From contig OX597814.1 in NCBI GenBank assembly GCA_951406725.2, positions 140,306,001-140,370,000 on the forward strand: a stretch of DNA of 64,000 nt, in the 5' to 3' direction. Below the pieces are notes generated by a model. That model did not search any database. It was not told the origin of the DNA and saw nothing but the letters and a program-made list of their open reading frames with translations. Source of the DNA: Octopus vulgaris. Lineage: Eukaryota. Within the stretch, counting starts at the first letter, position 1; every line of letters starts with the position of its first letter. Shown one piece after another: positions 12,640-25,189 of this stretch. The position numbers and the translations under genes were made by a program.

Positions 12640-13631
12640 GTAAGTAAAACATCTAATTCTTGTTAACTCTCACTCTCTTTTTCTGCCTCTCTGTCACACT
12701 CTAATCTTTCATCATCTGACACAAGATCACCTCCTCCAATGCCCCCTCCCCTCTCAAAGACTCTTTGTCTTGCAAAGTCACTTGGTGACCCCACTAGTGC
12801 AGGTGCCACTTAAAAAGTACCCAGTCTACACTTTAAAGTGGTTGGCATTTGGTAGGACATCCAGCTGTAAAAACCATGCCAAAACTGACCTCACCTGTGC
12901 AAATGCCATGTAAAAAACACTCAGCCCACTCTATGGACTGGTTGGTGTTAGGAAGGGCATCCAGATGTAAAAACCATGCCAAAACACACTCAGGAGCATG
13001 GTGCAGGCTGCCGCCTGGTCAGCTCCTGTCAAACCATCCAACCCATGCCATCTTGGAAGGAAAACATTAAACAATGATGATGATGAGTTGTTTTTGCATC
13101 CCCTCCTCCTGCACCATCTCAACCCTGATCCAGCAGATCTATGACTGAAGGTGTTCCAAACATGACCATCCTCTCATTTATCCTGACATTGCATATCTAG
13201 GGTACATCATGTAAAATCCCCCTTCTTATTTTAAGACAATATATATTGTCTCATTTTAAGACATTATGGATCTCAGTGTCATTAAGGTGCTGGACAGAAT
13301 ACTTTGCAGTATTTATTTGTTTAAAATCTCAGCTTTCTTTCTACATTGTCTCTAATGATTAAGAAAATGGCACTGTTGCAAGGTAAACATCCAATTTTAA
13401 ATAGGAGCAGGTATGAATGGTGTAATAGTTAGTTGCACAGCTGCTATAGTTATGATTTACAATCTGTTTCCATGTTCTGCTCTATATTGTTAATAAGACT
13501 TACATTTTCAATACCAGGTAATGCTAAAATGTTTGCTTCTAAATAGAAGCAAGTTTAGCTCTTGTCTTCAAATGAAAGATTATGACTGTAACCTACACCT
13601 ATGTAGAGCCAGCACCAGGGTATTCAGTGCT

Positions 13632-13849
13632 GGCAGAAACGTTAGCACACCGGGTGAAATACCTAGCGGTATTTTGTCTGCCACTATGTTCTGAGTTCAA
13701 ATTCTGCCGAGGTCGACTTTGCCTTTCATCCTTTCGGGGTCAACTAAATAAGCACCAGTTACGCACTGGGGTCGATATAATCGACTTAATCCGTTTGTCT
13801 GTCCTTGTTTGTCCTCTCTGTGTTTAGCTCCTTGTGGGTAGTAAAGAAA
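13632..13849 (+). mobile_element. SINE family A, tail-2 subfamily
   Basis: 15-bp TSD aggg(t/c)attcagtgct. Confidence 0.88.
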
Positions 13850-14353
13850 AGGGCATTCAGTGCTTTAGGTTAGCCCTACAATATACGCCTCTTTCTCCTA
13901 TCCCTCTAGTGTGTACCTCCAAACCCTACACTGTGTGACCCTTTCCCTGTTCCTACAATGTCTACTCCCTTCACCCAACACTACAAGGTACATCCATTTC
14001 TCTCAGCCCTATAATGAGCACTCTCTCATCCCAGTCCTACAACATACATCCTCTTCTCCCTGCTGTACAATGTGTACCCCTTCTCTCAGCCGTACGTTAT
14101 GCACTTCTATCACACAACCCTATAATATATGCCACTTCTACATTTTTTCTACAACTTTTTCCAGTTATCACCCTTTTTACTCCAGTTGAAAAATGCAATC
14201 AAAATATCATGAATATGATAATATATATTCTTGAATAAATCCATTATCTAACAAAATTTCAAATTTTCGCAACACCATACAACCCTCTTCTCACCTGCCC
14301 TCCATCCTTCACTGTACTTGGAGTGATCTCACCTGTTCTGTTTTGTGTTTATA

Positions 14354-14794
14354 CTGTATTTGACAGCATAATAAGATGCATTTTTTTCCAAAAAATATCT
14401 CAAAAACTTCATCCTAAAACCTATATGCAAAGTTGGGCCTACATATAACCCATGCCAGCATGAAAGTCATTAAATGATGATGTATATTACATGCTTTAAC
14501 CCTTTCGTTACCGTATTTATTTTGAGATGTTCTATAGTTCTTTCAATTACTTTAAATATAACAATGAATTTAGTAAAATAACTTAGTTATCATTCAGCTA
14601 GTGTTAGGAACATAAATTGTGACTGAGGTTTGGTGGCAGATTTTAATTCAGAACTTTTGAAAACAAGACATTTGTACTACAGAGTCAGAGGCGGTTTCAG
14701 CCAAGTTGGTATTGAAATGGTTAATGCACTAAAAACTTTTTCACCAGAATATGTAATGCCGAAATTAGGATGTCTTTTATACCATTAAATATAG
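14354..14794. mobile_element. TA-flanked MITE hosting the piggyBac MITE
   Basis: ta-ctgtattt...ataagatgc and gatgtcttttat...aaatatag-ta form imperfect TIRs. Confidence 0.5.
14500..14720 (+). mobile_element. piggyBac-type MITE
   Basis: TTAA on both sides; ends ccctttcgttacc / ggtattgaaatgg. Inverted copy at 26784-27005. Confidence 0.8.
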
Positions 14795-15186
14795 TAGTTC
14801 AATTTAGAAATTATGTATAAATTTTTCAGAATTTAATTGATATGCTAAAGTTTTAGCTCCCTAGGTGATCACTTTGTCTGTTGAGCATGTAGCACTAACC
14901 CTACACTAACATTAATATAATATTAAGAAAGTTAGGATCCTATGAGTTTAACCTGTCTGATTTAGGCCTTAAAGTTCCTAAACAGATGGATCTCTTTTTT
15001 ATGAAAAGAGATAAAAATGTCCCTGGGTGGTTGGTTCTATGCATATCTTTTTTTCTTTTCCTATTTTAGATTTTAAAGTGTCTTATTTAATTTAGTCTAA
15101 TGTTTATGAAGAAAAATCTCTTCTTTTACAACATATTCTGTGTTTATTTCTGAACAGTGGATGATTTTTACTTATTTTATTTACAG

Positions 15187-15276
15187 GCGCGGAGAGCACT
15201 TGGTGATTTTGGAATTCTAATAGCTCTTGTAGTTATGGTGCTGCTAGATGTGTTAATAAAAGACACCTGTACACAG
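15187..15276 (+). CDS. SLC4 exon (TM7), 90 bp, absent from the ORF track
   Basis: ttacag|GCG to CAG|gtaggt. Encodes ARRALGDFGILIALVVMVLLDVLIKDTCTQ (RR..GDFG motif). Confidence 0.95.
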
Positions 15277-15404
15277 GTAGGTATATTATAACAAATTAGC
15301 TTTTACAACTGTTTATAGCTAGCATGTTACAAGTCTTACCTTTTTCTCTTTTGTTTTTTTTTACTTTGTATTTAATTTTCTTTTTCTTTCTTTCATCTTT
15401 TCAG

Positions 15405-15571
15405 AAACTTGAGGTATCGGATGAATTTGCACCTACAGCACCAAGCAAACGTGGCTGGTTCATTAATCCAATGGGAATGAAAAAAACATTTGAAGTTTGG
15501 TTAATCTTTGCTTCAATTATTCCGGCTTTCCTTATATTTATACTTCTATTCATGGAAGTACAAATCACTGA
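15405..15571 (+). CDS. SLC4 exon (EL4 and TM8)
   Basis: ttcag|AAA to GA|gtaagt. Encodes KLEVSDEFAPTAPSKRGWFINPMG...LIFILLFMEVQIT; the Glu equivalent to AE1 E681 is present. Confidence 0.96.
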
Positions 15572-15779
15572 GTAAGTCTGAAACCTTTTTTTATGTTGTT
15601 GTTGTTATTGTTGTGATTGTTGTTCTTCTTCTTTTTCTAGTAGACATCCCTCGGTGAACTAGTTGGTATAAAAATCAATTCTAATTGTCAATAACTTGGC
15701 AAAGTTTACCTTTAAGTAATTATAAAACTCTGTTAATTCTTGAGCTAATTTAAGTTATTTATCTTTATCTTTTATCCTT

Positions 15780-16490
15780 CTACTGTTTTCAGTCATTGGG
15801 CTATGGCCATGCTGGGGCACTGCTTTGAAGGGCTTTGTCAAACAAATTGATCCCTGTTCTTCTTTTTAAGTCTGGTACTTGAACTGTTGGCCTCTTTTCC
15901 TGAACTGTTTAAGTAATTTAAAGAGATGTAAACAAACCATTGTTTTTGTTGAGTGACACACACACATGCACACACATATACACATGCACATACACAGTGG
16001 GCTTCCACTTAGTTTCCATCTATCAAGTTCACTCACAAGGCAGAAGACACTTCAGTAAGGTGCCACGCATCAGGACAAAACCAGAAACCACATGGTTTTA
16101 AAGTGAGCCTTTCCTAGACTGTGATATTGAATGGAAACGGCTATGTGGTAAGTAGCTTGTTTACTAACCAAATGCTTCTGGGTTCAGTCCCACTGCGTGG
16201 CATCTTGGGCAAGTGTCTTCTACTATAGCCTCGGGCTGACCAAAGCCTTGTGAGTGGATTTGGTAGACGGAAATTGAAAGAAGCCCAGTATGTGTGTGTT
16301 TGACGCCACCCCCTTCACTTGACAACTGATGTTGGTGTGTTTACATCCCCGTAACTTAGCGGTTCAGCAAGAGAGACCAATAGAATAAGTAGTAGGCTTA
16401 CAAAGAATAAGTCCTGGAGTCAATTTGTTCGACTAAAGGCAGTGCTCCAGCATGGCCACAGTCAAACGACTGAAACAAATAAAAGAATAA
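15780..16490. mobile_element. Head-to-head inverted pair of SINE B copies
   Basis: A minus copy at about 15780-16110 is followed directly by a plus copy at 16138-16490. Confidence 0.8.
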
Positions 16491-16549
16491 ATACTTGCAA
16501 TTCTTTTCATTTGTAGAACTAAATATTTGTTTTGTTTTTTTTTTTCCAG

Positions 16550-16794
16550 AACCATAATGGACAAAAAAATGAGGAAAGGTTCGGGTTACCATTTGGATAT
16601 GATGCTAGTTGGCGTACTGGTTAGTATTTGTGGATTACTTGGTTTACCATGGATGTGTGCTGCAACAGTACGGTCAGTGGCACATAAATCAGCCCTTAGT
16701 GTATTCAGCCGAACACATGCTCCAGGTGAAAAACCAAAATTATTATACGTCCAAGAGCAGCGTCTCACAAGTATATTGGTCAGTATTTTGATAG
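16550..16794 (+). CDS. SLC4 exon (TM9-TM11)
   Basis: ttccag|A to ATAG|gtatgt. Encodes TIMDKKMRKGSGYHLD...GLPWMCAATVRSVAH...VQEQRLT; the Arg equivalent to AE1 R730 is present. Confidence 0.95.
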
Positions 16795-16999
16795 GTATGT
16801 TTCAGTTTCTTATTTATATTTATTTGCTCCTCATCCTGTGTTTTATTTCATTCCTTTGTATTTTTTGGCTATTTAAACCCTCTTTTGTTTTTGTTGTTGT
16901 TGCTGCTGTTGTTGATATAGAACTTATGTCAGCATGTTGTTTATATTTCTGTACTTCGGTGTGTTGCATGTCTTTGAATAATAACTGTTTTTGTTTTCC

Positions 17000-17188
<189 letters not shown>

Positions 17189-17992
17189 CATGGTTTAGTT
17201 CTGAATACTAATTTCTGTTTCTGTTATGTTAAAATCTATTTTACCCCCATTTGGCATGTTTCTTGCTTTGTTGTACTTTAGGAGGGTCATTATGCCAATA
17301 ATAAACATCTGCACTGGTTCTGTTTCACTTCTTTGTTTCATATTTTTATACATTATTGACATTACATCTCATCTTTTCCTTTTCTGTCCAGCACTATTAT
17401 CACAAGAGGGGACTTCATTTCCTTTTGGATTTTATTATTTTTTTTTACTTGAATAAAACACATGCAAGGGAAAACTGAAAAGCACAAAGCAATTATATAT
17501 TTTTTTATAAATTCTGTATCAGTGCTAATAGCTTTGATATATATATGTATGTGTGTATATATGTATGCATGAATATGTGTATGTTTAAATGTGTGTATGG
17601 CATGTAAAAAGCACCCACTACACTCTCAGAGTGGTTGGCGTTAGGAAGGGCATCCAGCTGTAGAAACTCTGCCAAATCAAGATTGGAGCCTGGTGCAGCC
17701 ATCTGGCTTGCCAGCCCTCAGTCAAAATCGTCCAACCCATGCTAGCATGGAAAGCAGACATTAAACGATGATGATGATGATATATATACATATATATATA
17801 TATATATGAAATAAAGTGTCTTGCTCAAGGACACAACACAGCTGATCCTGGAATGAAACTCACTACCTCATGATTGTGAGCCATGGACACTACCTATAAT
17901 AAACCACAAAATAGAATAGCATGTATTCCTTGCTTAGGGGTCAAAGATGAACTTGGCCAACAAAGTGTAGTTTCAAATACAATGCTCTAATG

Positions 17993-18207
17993 TTAACATT
18001 TTTGATTCTCCTGAGACCACTCCTGGTTCTATGATATAAATACCCTGTTTTAAAGTGATCTAAATTTAAATTTTCCATCAAAATTTTGTGTTAATTTATG
18101 TTCTCAACGCCAATGCAATAATGACAGTTATTAACTAAATTCTTAAGTATTTTTAAAATTGAAACAAAGGAAGTGTATTTCAATGGAAATAAGGTAACAT
18201 GGGTTAA
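17993..18207. mobile_element. Diverged TTAA-flanked MITE related to the two above
   Basis: ttaac...gggttaa ends, similar length and internal similarity (actaaattctt, aattgaaacaaa). Confidence 0.5.
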
Positions 18208-18897
18208 GAGAACATAACCACACAAGAGGAAAACCTGTGTGATTAAATATTCCCTTATTCAGAGCAATAACTGTCGTGTCAAAGTATCTTTTATCCTCTG
18301 TTTTACTTTTATGCAGTCATTTGACTGTGGCCATACTGGGTTATCACCTTCAAGGTTTAGTCAAAGAAATCAACTCCGGGACTTACTTTTCAAGTCTGGT
18401 ACCTAATTTATTATTCCCTTATGCCAAATTTCTAAGTTACATGGATATAAACAAACCAACACCAGTTGTAAAGTGTGAAAGGGAATAGACACAAAGACAC
18501 ATGCTCGCACACACATATACAATGGGCTTCAACACAGTTTCTATCAGATCCTCTCATAGGGCATTGATCAGCCTGTGGTTATATTTGAAGATACTTGCTT
18601 AAGGTGCCACACAGAGGGACTGAACCCAAGACCATATGGCTGCAAAGCATTCTTCTTTTCCACATAGCTGTGCCTGGACCTATGTTCACTTTTAGTAGAC
18701 AGTTTACACTGGTCATTACAAAAATGCATGGTAATTAAATGGGATTTGTGTGTTGAGTTAAAGGTGTATTATCAACTCATTAAGGCACATGGTTTAGTGG
18801 TCAGGGTATTCAGCTCATGACTCTAAGGTCTTGTGTTCAATTTCCAGTGGCGTGTTGTATCCTTGACCAAGACACTTTATTTCATGTTGCTCTAGTC

Positions 18898-19410
18898 CAG
18901 AGGTGGGGAAACATTTTAGTGTGGTGAGCAAATATTTACAAAGAAAAAAGTCTGTGGGTGGATCACAAGTTCTAACTCTGTGTAGATCTTGTATATATCT
19001 ATGTATAATTCGATATACATTAATAAAGATAAGTTTAGCACATTAAATTAATGCGTAACATCCTCATTAACACCACCACTGAATTTAGGACATCTATATT
19101 ACCTATGAGGTTTCTATATTTTTCAGCTAGAGTGCTATTGGGTCTCAAGGGGGTGGTACAAACCTAGCATTATATGTTTTATAGTGAAAACAAAATTTCC
19201 ATTCAAATGGCTGTTACCGGACAAGTTTCTGTTCTAGTTTAATTGTTTTATGTCGTAGTGGAAACATGACCTATGTCACAAATAGGCATATGAATACTGT
19301 ATAAATTTTATAATTGCAAAATTTACTATATTTTGTACATTACAAGTATATCAGCCTGTGGGCAAAATAAAATGGGCAATCGTGCCCATAGGTGGGGGTC
19401 CCCACCCCTG
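18898..19410. mobile_element. Non-autonomous hAT-type DNA transposon (MITE)
   Basis: TIRs CAGAGGTGGGGAA and GTCCCCACCCCTG; 8-bp TSD ctctagtc (18890-18897) / ctcaagtc (19411-19418). Confidence 0.85.
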
Positions 19411-19513
19411 CTCAAGTCACTTAGCTGGCAAAAATGAGTTGTACCTGTATTTCAAAGGGCCAGCCTTGTCATACTCTGTCACACTGAATCTCCCTGAGAA
19501 CTATGTTAAGGGT

Positions 19514-19585
19514 ATACGTGTGGTCTAGTGGTTAGGATTCCTGGCTTTCACCCAGGCGGCCCGGGTTCGATTCCCGGCATGGGAA
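19514..19585 (+). pseudogene. tRNA-Glu(TTC) retrocopy with a broken 5' acceptor stem
   Basis: tggtctagtggttaggattcctggcTTCacccaggcggcccgggttcgattcccggcatgggaa has intact D, anticodon (19547-19549) and T arms. Bases 1-3 read ATA instead of TCC. It is fused to a retroposon tail. Confidence 0.88.
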
Positions 19586-21065
19586 CGGCATTTCTGTTTA
19601 ATTGCGGTGCCCCAGCATGGCCGCAGCTCGTGAACTGAAACTAGATAAAATGATAAAATGATGTCTGTGGAGTGCTCGACCACTTGCATGTTAATTTCAC
19701 AAGCAGGCTGTTCCATTGACCAGATCAACTGGAACACTCATTGTCATAACCAACGGAGTGCTTATAATTATCAACACATGCACTCAAGTGTTAGAATTGG
19801 CAGCAGTTAAATTTTCTTTGTAGTTTCGGTTCAAATCCAGTCAAGGTCAATTTTGCCTTTCATCTTTACAGAGACAGTAAAATAATAGTTAAATAGCAGA
19901 GTGGCTAAGGGAATATAATCAACTATAGACACACAAAAACATGCACATGCACACACATTCATACACACATAAAAATATGTGGCCTTGTCCCTATATTAAG
20001 AATCAAAGGGAAAATCTGCCTAAGAATAGAGACCACATTGTAATTTTTTCCCCCATCAATACCAGATAAACCACTTATATATAGATGTGTTTCTCATGCT
20101 ACCACCATTTGTGCCTTCGGCAATGGAAATTAACTATACTTTCATTAACATTCACTAATTATGTTATGTACAGTCTGAGCTGCTAAGTGAGACTTTTTGA
20201 AAGTGTGTTGTCTATTCAAGAAAACACACACACACAAATTATGTACTGATATAATGAAAGAAAGAACTTTAAGATAATCCTTAGGAGATGGAAATAGCTA
20301 GCAAGATATGCAGAAATGTTATAAAATAACAATTCTTTTGAAATGTGAAAAGAAAAGTAAAACATTTTAGACTACATAATAAAATATAGATGAAAAATCT
20401 CAGAAGAAAATCATAAATTTTATAAAGAGAAATATTGAAAAAGATATTAATTGGCGGCTAAATGCAGTGATTTTGTTCTCAAAGTGACTAGGATTTATTC
20501 AAATAGCTCAGAAATAGCTGTGTAATTAAGAAATATGCTTCCCAACCATGTGGTTTTGAGTTCAGCCCCACTCTGCAATACCTTGGAAAACTGTCTTCTA
20601 TAGCCCATGGCTGACTAAAGCCTTGTAAGTGGATTAATAGATGGAAACTGAAAGAACCTTGCCATGTGTGTGTGTTTATTTCTACTCTAAAAATTTCTGA
20701 GCTACAAATAGTGATGTTACTATCAGTTGCCCTTTCAACAAATCATCTGCCCTTCAACAACTTACAAAATAAGAGATCCCTTACTGTAAAAAGAAAGGCA
20801 ACAGTTAGCAATAGATAGAGTATCTGGCTATAAAACAATCCCTCAATAATATATTCATCTAACTTGTGCTAGCTTTGAAAAACAGATGTAAAAGCAAATG
20901 AATTTACCTAGCAGAATTTAAACCAGTAGAGGAAGAAAATAAATTTTTATTATAATTGCAGAAATTGGTGTTAATATTTGTATTTTACTAAATCTTATTA
21001 TTACATTTCGTTTTTGTATTTGGTTTGCAAGAATCTTTATGTGAATTTGTGTGTTGAAGCATATT

Positions 21066-21275
21066 TTATTGTGTCTGAGGAGAGTCATTCTCTTTTAGTG
21101 CCTTATTAATTTAGCACACTCACCAGTTTGATTTCCACTTGTTTACTTATTTATTTATTTTTACTAAATAAGTGAAAATAAAGTAATAAATAAATAAATG
21201 TGTGGAAATCAGACTGGCAAGTGTGTTAAATTAATAAGGCACTAAAAGAGAATGGCTCTCCCCAGACACAATAAA
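21066..21275. repeat. Intronic palindrome
   Basis: ttattgtgtctgaggagagtcattctcttttagtgccttattaatt pairs with aattaataaggcactaaaagagaatggctctccccagacacaataa; related sequence at 63625-63685. Confidence 0.85.
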
Positions 21276-22167
21276 CTTATTACTACATATTTTGGAGATG
21301 TACTTTATCCATTTATCAATTTAAAACTACCTGCTCCTGGCCCTCGAGAGCTTTTAGCAGAGTTCATTCTAGTAGCAGCTTTCAGGCCATATCTCTTGTC
21401 TGAAGATTATGTTCTCTTTTCATCTTACCAGTTTTTAAAGCCCTGAAAAGGGGGCATGAGTGAAGCCCTTCTTCTGCTGATTTAGCCATAACCCAAAAAT
21501 ATAATTAACAAAAAACAAAGTGGGCTCTGTATAAAGCACTTGGGTGATAATACTAAACCAGGATGCAAATTAGGTCTTCCATCTATGATAGAGTTTATTC
21601 ATTTTTTTGGTTGTTCGTTTCACCATAGATTGATGGGTTTGGATGGAGAATTATTTGAGGCAGGCTTTTACAGCTGGGTGCTCTTACTGTTGCCAACTGT
21701 TACTTCAAGTAAGGGGTTCCTTTATTGCACACAACATTGAAAACACAGAGGGAGCAGTCATAATGTCAACAAGGAATGTCAACATTAGCATTGCTTCATT
21801 CACACAATAGCAAAGAATTGAATATAACTATTTACATACACACACACATGCACACATACACATGTAGACTTCTTGAAATTTCTGTCTACCAACACCTTTA
21901 CATGGTATCGGTTAGCCCTGGGCTATACCAGAAGACACTTGCCCAAAATGCCATGCAGTGGAACTGAACACCTGAAACCCCTGGTAACAAGGTGAATCCT
22001 TAAACCACACAGCCATACCTGCACCTAACCCTAACCCTAATTCACAGCTCTTAATTTTCTTCTTTTTCAGGCAGTATTTTTTTTTAAAAGACTCTCTTTG
22101 TGAACTTGCCTTTCAACATTGAATATTCTGTATTTTTACTAACTGAATTTTTTTTGTGTTTTGATAG

Positions 22168-22337
22168 GTTCATCTTTATCATGGGGTCCACTATTTCGAG
22201 AGATCCCTCTTACTGTTTTGTTTGGTGTCTTTCTTTATCTTGGTGTGTCTTCTATGAGTGGGGTGCAAATGTATGAAAGAACTAAACTGCTACTAATGCC
22301 AGTGAAACACCATCCATCTGTTGGCTATGTGCGACGG
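22168..22337 (+). CDS. SLC4 exon (TM12)
   Basis: gatag|GT to CGG|gtaagt. Encodes SSLSWGPLFREIPLTVLFGVFLYLGVSSMSGVQMYERTKLLLMPVKHHPSVGYVRR. Confidence 0.95.
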
Positions 22338-23083
22338 GTAAGTTCTCTTTATATTATGTCCATTTATTAATATGAATCCAGCTTTGAATAACAGTACATG
22401 AAAGATATTGCTATCAATTCTTTCATGGAATCGAACTTGGTGTCTTTTGGTTGAGAAGTGATCTTATTCACTATATAGTTCTATGAAAAGATATGCCCCT
22501 GGCCACTTTGAGTAATTTCTTTTAGCGCATTTTTGCTTCAGTTATACATATTAGCTAAGCCATAAATGTTTTCTAAGGGACTGAGAGTTGTGGCGATTTG
22601 CTATACTTGAGAAGACATATCAAGCTAAGTAAAACTGTTGTCGTCCATACATTCAGGCTTGTCCATTACAGGTGCGGGTGCCACATAAAATGCATTCGTG
22701 CTGGTGCTGCATAAATGCACCCATGCCAGTGGCACATAAAATGCACCTAGCACACTCTGTAAAGTGGCTGGTGTTAGGAAGGACATCCAACCGTAGAAAC
22801 CATGCCACAACAAACAACTGGAGTTTGGACAGCACCCTCCTAACTAGCTCCTGTCAAACCATCCAACTCATGCCAGCATGGAAAATGGACATTAACCCTT
22901 CTGTTACCATATTTCTGTTGAGAAGACACTTGCCCAAGGTGCCACACAGTCGGACTGAATGCCAAACCTTGTGGTTGGGAAGCAAGCTTCTTTAGTTTAT
23001 CAAATTGGTCATGAAGGCCTTACAGAGAAGCAATGTGGGCTGGACATATACATTACTGAGATGAAAATGACAAATACGAATGA

Positions 23084-23485
23084 TGTAAATGGGAAGGGTA
23101 TTTGGCGCCTGCAGACCGAACACCCTTCGAAATCACAGGTTCTTTTATTACATAAAAATCAAAAAGTCAATCAAACATCAAAAGTACACTACCGCTTTTC
23201 CCTTCCTCCTCCTTCCGGAGCCCCAGTCAAATATCTAATCGCCTGCAAAGCAGACTGTGTTGACAGCCGGGAGTTTAGAAAGAAGGCGAAGTGCCTTTTA
23301 TCAAATGTTTGTGTCACACAGTGCCACAATTTATAACTCACCACCTCCGCAGGTAACTGCGGAGGCCACCTTGGACTGCTTGAGCACACCGAGAACACCC
23401 ATTCTCAGTAGCCCAAGTATTCATCAACAGCCACGCTTGCACCTATCTCCACTTCTCAAGTGGAACTGATCTTATGTCACCTACA
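23084..23485 (-). mobile_element. Putative solo LTR
   Basis: GC/CpG-richer block of about 400 bp bounded by TGTA...TACA. The minus strand has TATAAA (about 23330) then AATAAA (about 23145). No TSD seen. Confidence 0.4.
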
Positions 23486-24936
23486 GTCAGAGATAGTTCT
23501 AATAAATAAAAAATTTATGTTATATGGTATTTAATATACCCGCATTTGTCTATGCTGTACAACTAATTATTTTAGAGGAGCAGAGGGCATTTTTTGCATA
23601 GATAAAAAGAAGGCAGAGAGAGAAAATGCAAATTACATAATTGTCTTAATATCTGTATTAATTTACGTTTGTTTTTCATAAGAACATAAATTCATCATAT
23701 CTTCAGTAGTGAGGAGGTAGTTTGAATGATGTCTAAAATGTTCCATGAAAGACAAAACTAACTGGACAATCCTCATGTTTGTGCTCAGCTACCAAACCTC
23801 CTGCTGAAAAGACATGATTGGTGGTGGTCAGTAGAATGCCACTTGGACACAGACTAAGGCATGGTCAGTCGTAACTGGATGAGAGTGCACATTGCAAGAC
23901 CTGAAACAGGCAATGGCTCCCAGATATAATGCTGATGATGTGTCCAAATATTGCATTTAGATATATGATTAACATATGTATGGAGGTGGGGACATCCACC
24001 CATAGAAATCATGCCAGAACAGACATTGAAGTTTGAAGCAGCCCTCCAGTTCATTAGATCTTATCAAACTGTCCAATCCATGCAAGCATCATCATCATCA
24101 TTTAACATCCGTTTTCCATGCTAGCAGGGGTTGGACGGTCTGGGAAGCCAGGAGGCTGCACCAGGCTCCAGTCTGATCTGGCAGTGTTTCTACAGCTGGA
24201 TGCCCTTCCTAACGCCAACCACTCCCATGAGTGTAGTGGGTGTTTTTTATGTGCCACCGGCACAGGGGCCAGAGGGGGCTGGCAAACAGCCACTATCGGT
24301 TGGTGCTTTTATGTGTCACCGATACAGACGTCAGTCAGGCAGCGCTGGCATCTGTCACATTCGGACGGTGCTTTTTACGTGTCACTGGCACAGGTATTTT
24401 AACGGTTTGATTTTTATTTTGATGTTGGTGTTGACGTACTTGACTCAATAGGTCTCAAGAACAGCGGATCACTCTACGATCCAAGGTTAGCACAGCAGGC
24501 CGTCCTGCGAGCCATGAACTCACTTCACAGTCACAGCATATCTCAGAGGTCTCGGTCTTCATCATTTCCTCTGTGAGGCCCTACGTGCCACTGGCACAGG
24601 TATCACAACTACAATAACAATACGATTTTTATTTTGATGTTGATGTACTTGACACAATAGGTATTCTCAAGCACAGCAGGCCATCCTACAAGCCATGAAC
24701 TCACTTCATTTGTCGGGTCTTCAAAGACACAGCATATCTCCAGAGGTCTCAGGAAGACAAAAATTAAATGACAGTGGCAGCAGTGGCAGGGAGGAAAAGG
24801 AGGAGTTCTGACCATTATATTATAAACAAACTGAGTCATGTTTTTGTTATTGATGTTTCAGGGTTTTTTGTCTTTTCGTTTTTCTTTTCTATTTTTCATA
24901 CATTTTTTACTCTCTCTCTCTCTCTCTCTAATGCAG

Positions 24937-25110
24937 GTGCGAACAGTCCGAATGCATCTTTACACATTAACCCAGCTGTCTTTATTGGTGGTCCTATGGG
25001 TAGTCAAGTCAACAGAAGCAGCCTTAGCTTTCCCTTTTCTTCTCATCCTCCTTGTACCACTTCGGTTAAAACTGCTCACATTTATTTTTACTGAGAAAGA
25101 GCTTCATGAG
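24937..25110 (+). CDS. SLC4 exon (TM13-TM14)
   Basis: atgcag|GTG to GAG|gtaaat. Encodes [43 protein letters not shown]...FTEKELHE. Confidence 0.96.
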
Positions 25111-25189
25111 GTAAATATATTTTCATTCCTACAGACTTTTTTGCATCAAAACATTTCAACTCATCACATAAACTGATGGAAACTTTTAT

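Larger units (their letters stand above)
18783..19760 (+). mobile_element. tRNA-derived SINE (family E) split by two nested insertions
   Basis: Head ggcacatggtttagtggtcagggta...gttcaatt...ccttgaccaagacactttatttc resembles the copy at 8320. The body resumes at 19419 and again at about 19662. Confidence 0.75.

Noticed and set aside
19514-19585. Functional tRNA-Glu gene
   Set aside because: Acceptor-stem pairs 1 and 3 are mismatched, there is no clean T4 terminator directly downstream, and it is embedded in a SINE with a retroposon tail.
22024-22040. (CCCTAA) telomere-like motif
   Set aside because: Fewer than three full units; not meaningful.
22061-22090. Strong-looking acceptor tctttttcag at 22070
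   Set aside because: It is 97 nt upstream of the true site, out of frame, with TAA at 22085-22087.
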